DNA from: Lama glama
Lineage: Eukaryota
Direction of reading: 5' to 3'
NCBI GenBank assembly: GCA_028534125.1
Contig: CM052837.1
Span: 37,138,001 to 37,202,000, forward strand
DNA length: 64,000 nucleotides
The position numbers were made by a program, and so were the translations under genes. Of the stretch, positions 56,201 through 64,000 are shown in pieces (the stretch's first letter is position 1; each line of letters opens with the position of its first letter). Below the pieces are notes generated by a model, which searched no databases, had not been told where the DNA came from, and saw only the letters and a list, made by a program, of their open reading frames with translations.

Positions 56201-59200
56201 GAACCCAGGGGGCCATTGCCCTGCAAACATCCCACTCCACCCAGCAAACCCCTCCTGGAACATGGCAGGCCCCCGTGGAAGCTGGAAGATGCAGGCCCCG
56301 CACCTTTGCCCTCAGGCGGCTGCCGCTGTGATGCAGGCCGGGTGAGGGGGGTACCGCCGGGGTCCCCCCAGGTCCAGGACATGGCGTCTCACATCACTGC
56401 TGGGCTCCTCCGGCCCAGGAGGGACGGTCAGATAGCAGTTGTACAGTTGGGGTCTGTCTCCACACACCCTGGGCCTGGAATCAGGGAGTCACCCCGCAAC
56501 CCCCTGCTTCCCTGATGGTCACCTTCATGGAGTGACCAGCATGGGCAGAGCACATGGTGAGGTGAGCCCGAGCGCTCTCTGACCCCACTGGCCAGGCAGC
56601 CTCTCCTCCAACGGCCCTGACAGCCCCTCATCCCCACACCCCATCCAGTGGGGCCTGCACCCCATTTCCGCAGACCCTGCTTGGGCTGAGAGGGGTGCAT
56701 CTACCTTTAAGGTCACGGGCGAGGAGACCACAGCCACGTGCTGACCGCAGCCCTCGTCCATCCTCCAGCGAGATCTGCCTCCCAGAGCAGCCCCAGGTCC
56801 CCAGACCCTCAAGCATGGCCCCCGCCCCAGCAGCCTCCTCCTGCTGCAGACCCGACCTCAGCTGCGCCCGTGCAGGAAGCACTGCGTCCCAGCCACCATC
56901 TCCTGAGGCCTTCTTGCTGTCTCATCTCTGCCCGCTGCTGACCCGCACTGGCTCACTGAAGCCACTGACCGCATCTGGATAGGCCTGTCTGGAGGCACGT
57001 ACATGTCCCTGTCTGTCCTCTGCTCCTGCCAGCACGTGCAGCCCCACTCCCTCCCGGAGACCCCTGTTGCTGCCTCCCTCTCTGTGGGCGCAGCCTGGTG
57101 GGGGAGAGGGAAACTGAAAAGAGCCCGTCTTCAGAATCAGGCCTGAGAGCGACTCCAGGGAGATGAGGGACAGGCTGGGCAGACGCTAGCCAAGGGCTGG
57201 ACAGGCTGGGCAGGGGCTCCGCCAGGGAGAGCCTGGGGTCTAAAGGCCGAGGCCACCACAAGGTCCAGGGCTCAGGGAGAGGCCTGCCCTCCCCACTTTG
57301 GGCAAATCCTTTCAGCTTCCAGTGGAGCCATCACCGCAGGCCCATGGCTGGCCTTTCAGTGGTGACCACAGCAGGGGAGGGAGGGCTCACCAGGCTCCAG
57401 AACTTAGAACCTCAAGGGTCGGGCGAATCCACAGTTTTGCTTGTTAAAGCCAAAAGACCTTTCAAAATTCAGGTCCAGAGGAAGGGCCCGCCACGTGTCC
57501 ATTCCCCTGTTCCCTGGAATTAGGGGTCGCCAGGTTCTCAGGCTGCACACCTGAAGGACGTGGAGAGACCCAGAGCCCTGCAGGTGGGAGGTGCAGGCTG
57601 GAGGTGGGTTTCTGAGCCCAAGAGCTCAGGCCCAGGCCTCCCCAGAGGAGGAGCTCCTGTCTGTCCTCCTCCAAGTCAAACTTCCGCCCAAGGAAGCAGA
57701 CCTGGAGCAGGCGCTGCCAGGGCAAGGGTGGGGTAGGGGCGGGGCCCCAGGGCAGGCCACACCCCTCCTCCCTGGCAGCCCAGCCTCTCCTTGGAGCTGA
57801 ATCCTCAGCCGTGCACAGTTAGGGCATTAGGTCACAGCAGCCCCTGCCTCCCCACCCGGACACAACCAGAGGCTGAGCAGGGCGCCCCACTCCAGGCCGC
57901 CCTGGTCCCACTTCTCCCCGCCTGCCTCTCCGCTGGGGACCCACCCCCCAGGCCAGCTCAGATGGACACAGGTGGGCACTGCAGGCCACATGTTTTGAGC
58001 CCAGGAGGAAAGACCAGCTCCTGGGCCTCACCCCACAGACCACCCGTGGGCCAGAGGTGGAGCCTGGGAGATACAGACTTAAAGGAAACACCCAGGGTGG
58101 TGCCAAGGGAGAGACGTCAGCACCATAGCCGAGACCACTGTCCCCGAGGCCCAGGTTCGAGTCCAGCCCTCAGAGAAAGGGAATCCAGGCTGAGTTCCCT
58201 CATTAGCAGCCTGGGCTGAAAGCTGTGCTTAGCCCTCGACTCACCCTGCGTGCTCTGCAGCCGGTGCCCCCCCAGGGTCCTGCCAGCCACCCAGCGTCAC
58301 CCTTAGCAGGAACAGCGTCAGAACCAGCCCAGGTGCAGGACTGCGTGAGCCAGACACCCACAGGCGGCTGGGGGGGCCTTTCTGGACGAGCGACCTTTGG
58401 TCAAACACGTTTGTGGATCCTGACTGAAGAAATCAGCGCTTTCCTTCGACCAGACGTCTCAGAGCTGCCACCCTGCTGAGCTCCTCGTGACCCCCGCCCC
58501 GGCTGTGGTCTGCACGCCACCCATGCTAATGGGAATGCAGAGCTGGGGCCGTGGGGCCACGGAGTCCCCTCGGAAGGGGCTGGACGTTGAGGCTGTGATA
58601 ACAGTGGGTCTGGTTCTGCCCCGGATCCAGGAGGCACATCATGGGCCTAGGACTCCTGGGGCCCCCAGGCCAAGACTTCTCCAGGGTCCAAGCAGGGCTC
58701 CAGGCTCTGGTCCCCACACATCCGCCAGCACCTGCGCTGCGCTCTCAGCCACCCCTCCTCATGTCCCCCCCCTCCCCCTTAGAAGCGGTCCTCAAAATGT
58801 GAAATTTGGAGGTTCCACCCAGCCAGCTTCCCCATGCGTTCTGCAAGGGCCGGCAGAGGAGGCAGTGCCGGCCTGGGGCCCCGCCCAGGCCCCATCTCAG
58901 CCCCGCTTCTATCGCGGGCCCCCAGCCCGCCCAGCTCCGCATTGGATGGGATGGCGTGAGCATCACCCTAACCTCCCGAGACTCGGATCTTGGGAGGACA
59001 CCGCCCCCGCCCAGAGTAAGGAGGCCCGGGGCCTGGCCTGGAGGAGGCAACCTTGGGTGACCTTGCCCGCGAAGGCCTGGGGGTCTGGCTCCTCTCGCAC
59101 TGTTATGATTTAAAGCTGATGGGTCAGGGCAGAGAAGGACAACACGGGAAGGTCAGAGGCGGCACCTTCGGTGGGAACGTTCAGTCACCCTCCACAGTCT

Positions 59201-62200
59201 GCGAGTGCACTGTGTCCAGGGAGCAGACGGAGCGCAGCCCTGGGGACAGACCCCGGGCCCGGGGGGGCTGGACAGACATCAGGGAGCTGGGGTCCTGGCA
59301 GGGAGGGCACCGGCCCGGGGGTGTCTCCGCAGGGTCCCAGCCCACAGAGCTTACAAACGGTCCACTTGAGCACAAAGAGGCCCCTCCCAGGCTCTCCCCC
59401 AGACCACCACAGCCCTGACCAGGTGCTCTGGGGCCCTGCCCCCTTTAAACAGGGCAAAGCTACAAAGGATGCTTGCCTTTTGAAACCAGGTGGTGGGCAG
59501 GGCCAGGGGCAGGTGCGGGCTCCCCCTGCCCGTTACCACGGCAGTCCTGCGAGATGACCCCAGGCTGTTCCTGGGGAGGTGCGTTCCCCACCTTCGACCT
59601 GTGGGCTGAGGCCGCCGTGATGAGAGTCTCTGCTCCAACTACAGCGGGACGGCTGCCTCTTCCCTGGCGTCTGCCAGGGGCCCGCGCAGGCCAGGATGTG
59701 GCAGGGCGCTCCATGAGGCTGCGCCTGAAAGGGCCCTGCCCCGCTGGCCCGGGGTGAGCTGGCAGGGCTTCGGCAGGGCAACGAAGCACCTCGAGTGCAG
59801 GGAGCTCGTGTGCTCGCGCGGAGGCCCGCCCGGTGCACCCCGGCAGCAGGCCTGGGGCCGCGGAGGACGCTCTCGGGGGTGGGTAGGGAGCCTGGCACCT
59901 GGACGCTTCAGCGTGTGGCCTCGCTGGCAGCCGGGGCACCCATGCTTCTCCAGCGCAGGCGTCTGTGCAGAGCTCCACGTGGGAGGTGGCAGGTGGCCAG
60001 GCATCACCGCGGCTCTGTCCACACACATCGACCAGGGAGAAGACAGCGTGGCCTGAGCCCAAAGACGACAGCTTTGCTGAGGTTTTTACGAAGGAGGTGC
60101 CTGGTGAGGGCCAAGCTGAGTGACCTCGTGTGTGGGGTTTTCTCCTCCATCCCAGAGGGACACTCTCCCCTGCCTCCTCCTCGCCCTGCTGGGCTCAAAA
60201 ACTCATTCATCTTTCAGCAGCTCATCTGAGACCCTCCCCGGCCCATCCCCCAGCCCCCAGCCCGAGTGTGTCTCCATAGCAACCAGCGGGTGGCTCTGCT
60301 GGTCACATCTCATCAGACCGTGAGCTCTTTGAAGGCGCAGGCCCTGACCTGGACAGCTCACAAGAGCAGGCAGTTGAGGGGCGCACTATGACGCCAAACG
60401 TGCCTCCTGCAGACACGGAGCTGCGCCTCCTACCTCAGGTCCGTGACCTCAGTCATTCCAGAGCCGCCCGGAAGATGGGGAGACTGAGGCCCAGAGAGAG
60501 GAAACCTTCCCTTTCAGCTACAGTGTGAGAGGGGGTCCTGCTGACTGGTGAAAACCACGTCCCGCCTCTAGGAGACAGAAGACACCGAAGAGAAGTGTCC
60601 CAGCAGGGCGTGTCCGGGAGAGGAAGGCCAGGTGCTCGCCGGCCCCAGCCCTCCCTTGCCCTCTTAACACCCCGAGTGCCTGTAGGGTCAAGGCAGGAGC
60701 CTCCCGTAGCTGCTCCCTCCTGCTGCCTGGAGCCTGGGAAGGTTGCCGGTACATGGGGAGTGGGAGGCCTCCCGCCCCTGCTGGGGGCAGTGTCGGCCCT
60801 GGTGCCCAAAACCTTCTGAAGCAGCTGATTTTCTGTCTGGCAGGCGCCCCCTCGCGGCAAGGCACGCAAGGCGCACAGTCTTCCAGCACCTGGGAGAGAC
60901 CCAGGGCCCAGCAGAGAGGCCGGGCCGCGGGGGGCAGCAAATCTCCGCAGAGGGGCCGCCCAGGTCCTAGATGGGACACGCACAGCTGTTATCCAGCCAG
61001 GGGCCTCCGTCCTGCTGGGCCCACGACCACGGCAACCGGAAAGCTCATGGGGGCTCTTCCCTCAGGCTTTTGCATAACAAGTGTCATCTCAGACACACCA
61101 GGTTCTGCATTTCAATTTTTGGTAGTGAAATCAGGGTTTCTGATGCACATTTCTCGGCCCACAGAAGTTGCTGGAATTTGCCTGACTTGGGGAACAAGAA
61201 AGGGAGCCACCTGTCCCCCCACAACCCCCGGCCCGGGACACTGGGGCTGGTGGGACGGTGGCCCTCTGGACATGAAACGCCGTATTTTGGGTCGTCCGAG
61301 CCGAGTCTCGAACTCATTTGTGTCTCGGGAAGGGAGTCATCCTCATTTCCACAGTGGCCCTGACGGTCACCAGAGACAGAAGAGAAAGGCAGACACAGAG
61401 ACGTGACCCCAGCAGTCAGAGCGTCTGGCCTGGCCTGGCCTCCGTGGACGGATGGCTCAGTTCAGAGAGACCAGGAGACGGAGAGGGAGCAGCCAGCCCC
61501 CCCAGCCCCTGCCCTCGCCTCCTGCATGACCCCAGGGGCCCTGCTCCGTGCACCAGCCCCTCCCCTTCAAGCCTTGCCTGGTGAGCCAGGGAAGGTTCCC
61601 CTGCAAGGCCGGACAGGACAGGTGCTTCCTGGGGGAGGACAGTGTGGAGGGGGCTCCCCCTCGCCAAGGGGAGGGCTGACCTGGGGAGCACCCTCTGTTG
61701 GGGGCGGCCCTGCAACGAGACCCCATGTCCTCTCCTCCCGAGCGGTGGTCTGGCTCAGGTTGGACGCCAGTGGAGCAGAAGTCAGTGTCAAGTCAGGGAG
61801 GAAGACGGGTTTTCCCACTAGGCTCTTGGGGCTCGTCCTCCCCTCCTGGGAAAGGCAGCTGCAGACATGCTCCCTCCGGAAGGGCTGCTGGTGGGAGACG
61901 CTGACCCAGCCCACCCCAGGCAGCACCAAGCCCCCAGCAGAACTGGGAGCGCGCTGCCCCACAGCACCTCCTGCTGGACACCTCCCGGGTGCTGGTGGCC
62001 CCCGGGGTGGGTGGTGGCGGTGGTGGTCCTCTATTTGATCTTTAAAATGGGGCTCCAGCCCCCCAGGTGTTCTGTGCCCTTGTGCTGAAGAGCATGTGTT
62101 GGGCAGAGTCAGTGGGGCCCTTGGAAGGAAGGTGAGTGAACCAGAGATGGGCCCTCCCGGCCTTGTCAAGATGGGAGGGCGGCTGTCCCGGGGCTGGGAC

Positions 62201-62972
62201 TCCCTCCTGGTCTGAGCTCAGGCCCTGTCTGCAGGGGGAGGGCAGCACGGCCCCCCCCAGGGACCCGACTCCCGCCAGCCCCGGGTGACATGGGACAGAA
62301 GGGGCTGGGCAGGACCAGGAATCCGCCATCTGCTCGCAGGGAAGGCAATCCCCAGCAGTGAGGGTCTCCGGGACCTGAGAGACCCCTGTGATCTGAGCCC
62401 TGGCCCCCAAGTCATGTGGGAAAATGGGCAGCTGGACCCTTGGCCCAGGCCACCACGTTAGCTGTCACCCAGGTAGGCCCCTCCCACCGGGATGTCCAGT
62501 CTGCCCTTGACCTGGAAACTCCCTTCAAGGAGGGCCCTGCAGCCAGAAACACCCGATTCCCGGCCCTGGGGAGTGGGTGGGTGACAGGCAGGGCTTAGCG
62601 CTGTGACCTGCCTGCCGGTTTCCACATCACCGGCCCTGTCAGTGCCCCCAGGGCTGTCTGAAGAACAGAGGCCTCTCGCATCCAAATTTTTTTAAAAGCA
62701 CAGGAAATATTCACCTGATCCCTTCCTGCTGTCTGACAGAAATCATTTATTTTCGTGTCCTCTGCAGCCATGCCCCCTTCGGCCCTGGGGGGATGTCCGG
62801 CCACTACTGGACATGGCCCCAGCAGACGGTGGGTGCCTGCCTGGCCAGGGGTCTGGCCACGGGGCCCCCCTCGCAGTCGGCCCGTCCACCTCGCTGTGCC
62901 GTGGCTCACTCCCCAAGTGGTGACATAACCGCAGATCTGTCTGGTGGGGTCCGCATCCTGCACGCCCTGCGA

Positions 62973-63300
62973 TGTGTGCTTGTGCATCCTCTGCTGCACA
63001 AGTTGCCCCAAAACCTCTGGCTGAAAACGATGACGCTGTTTATCATCTGCCCTGTTTCTGAAGGACCAAGCTTCCGGACAGGACCCAGGGGGCACAGGTC
63101 TCTGCCCCTGGCATCCGGGCCTCCCCGGGGCTGGGGGCGTCTGAAGGCCTCACTCACAGGTCAGTGCTGGTGCTGGCTGTCGGCTAGAGCTGCCTCATGG
63201 GGGCCCCGTGTGGCCCTGGCTGGGCTCCAGAGGCCAGTGTCCCGCGTGCGAGGAGCACGTGGCAGGTGGTGTGGCCGTCCCTGGATGACCCCTGTCTTGC
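62973..63300 (-). mobile_element. Degenerate MLT1-type LTR fragment
   Basis: ccccaaaacctctggctgaaaacga...tttatcatctg...gtttctg. Confidence 0.45.
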
Positions 63301-64000
63301 CGGCTCACATGACGTAAACAACCATGGTTCCTGGGCTCTGAGCATTCTCGTAGGGAGGCTCTGGGCTGGGGGCTCCAGACCAGCCCCTCCTCCCTTCTGA
63401 CAGGGACCCCTTCCCTGAGGAGGCTACAGCCTGGGGTGCCCGTCAGCACCGCACAGGGGAGGCATCTCAGGTTCCCTCCAGCCCGGGGGTGGGTCTCCCA
63501 GCCGCAGACGGAGGAACGCAGGCGGCGTCCGCGCGGAGTCTGGCCCTTGGAGGAGGGGGACAGCGGGGAAGGGGGTGGTTCCGGGCCCCAAGGCCTCTCG
63601 CACAACCCCAGCTGGGCTCCTCCACCTCCCCTGCTCTGCTGACTTCAAGTTCTGGGTCCTGAGGGATGGCCTGGCTGGCCAAAGGCAGAGACCCACAGCC
63701 CCGAGACAGGCATAGGCCTGCCGGGAACCCCCTCAGACCCCACAGACACATTCTTCCGGAAAACAATCTGCCCCACCACACCGCTGGGGCGGCCCTCCGG
63801 GAAGTCAGGGGAACCGGGCTCAAGGGCAGGGCCGCTCAGACCCACCCTGCCGTCTCCCGGGGCCTCTTCCAGCCAGGTTACTTGGCTTCCCAGAGCTTGG
63901 TTTCCTCCCCTAAATGGGGAGGGGGTGCGGGGACCTGGGAGCCCAGGCCAAGTGGCAAATAGAGAGCTAACTCCAGCAGGCGGACTTGTCTTGGACTGGG

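Noticed and set aside
53300-64000. Additional gene (e.g. KCNQ2 3' end) or novel coding system
   Set aside because: No recognisable domains or exon chain; ORFs are low-complexity P/G/A/R-rich frames typical of GC-rich non-coding DNA.

Overview
GC-rich mammalian genomic window, probably camelid (it carries a Vic-1-type tRNA-derived SINE). It holds two convergent genes. COL20A1 (+ strand): ATG at 2452, 33 visible coding exons plus one 54-nt exon inferred inside an assembly gap; the spliced frame stays intact for ~1259 aa to a TAG at 29104-29106. CHRNA4 (- strand): 6 exons, 47294 to 35658, ~628 aa, followed by ~16 kb of upstream non-coding DNA. There are three N-gaps (4252-4751, 27089-27588, 39621-39758). 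Most notable: (1) the loop-F/loop-C ligand-binding segment of CHRNA4 exon 5 reads as CHRNA2 (alpha2) sequence between alpha4 flanks, from either paralog gene conversion or an assembly chimera beside a gap; (2) the COL20A1 C-terminus is cut short by a frameshift and followed by decayed Gly-X-Y relics resembling a lost FACIT COL1 domain; (3) two near-canonical RE1/NRSE sites flank CHRNA4; (4) CHRNA4 has two uORFs. Most ORF-track entries are spurious GC-rich frames. Comparisons with human/rodent proteins and repeat consensuses are from memory and were not computed.
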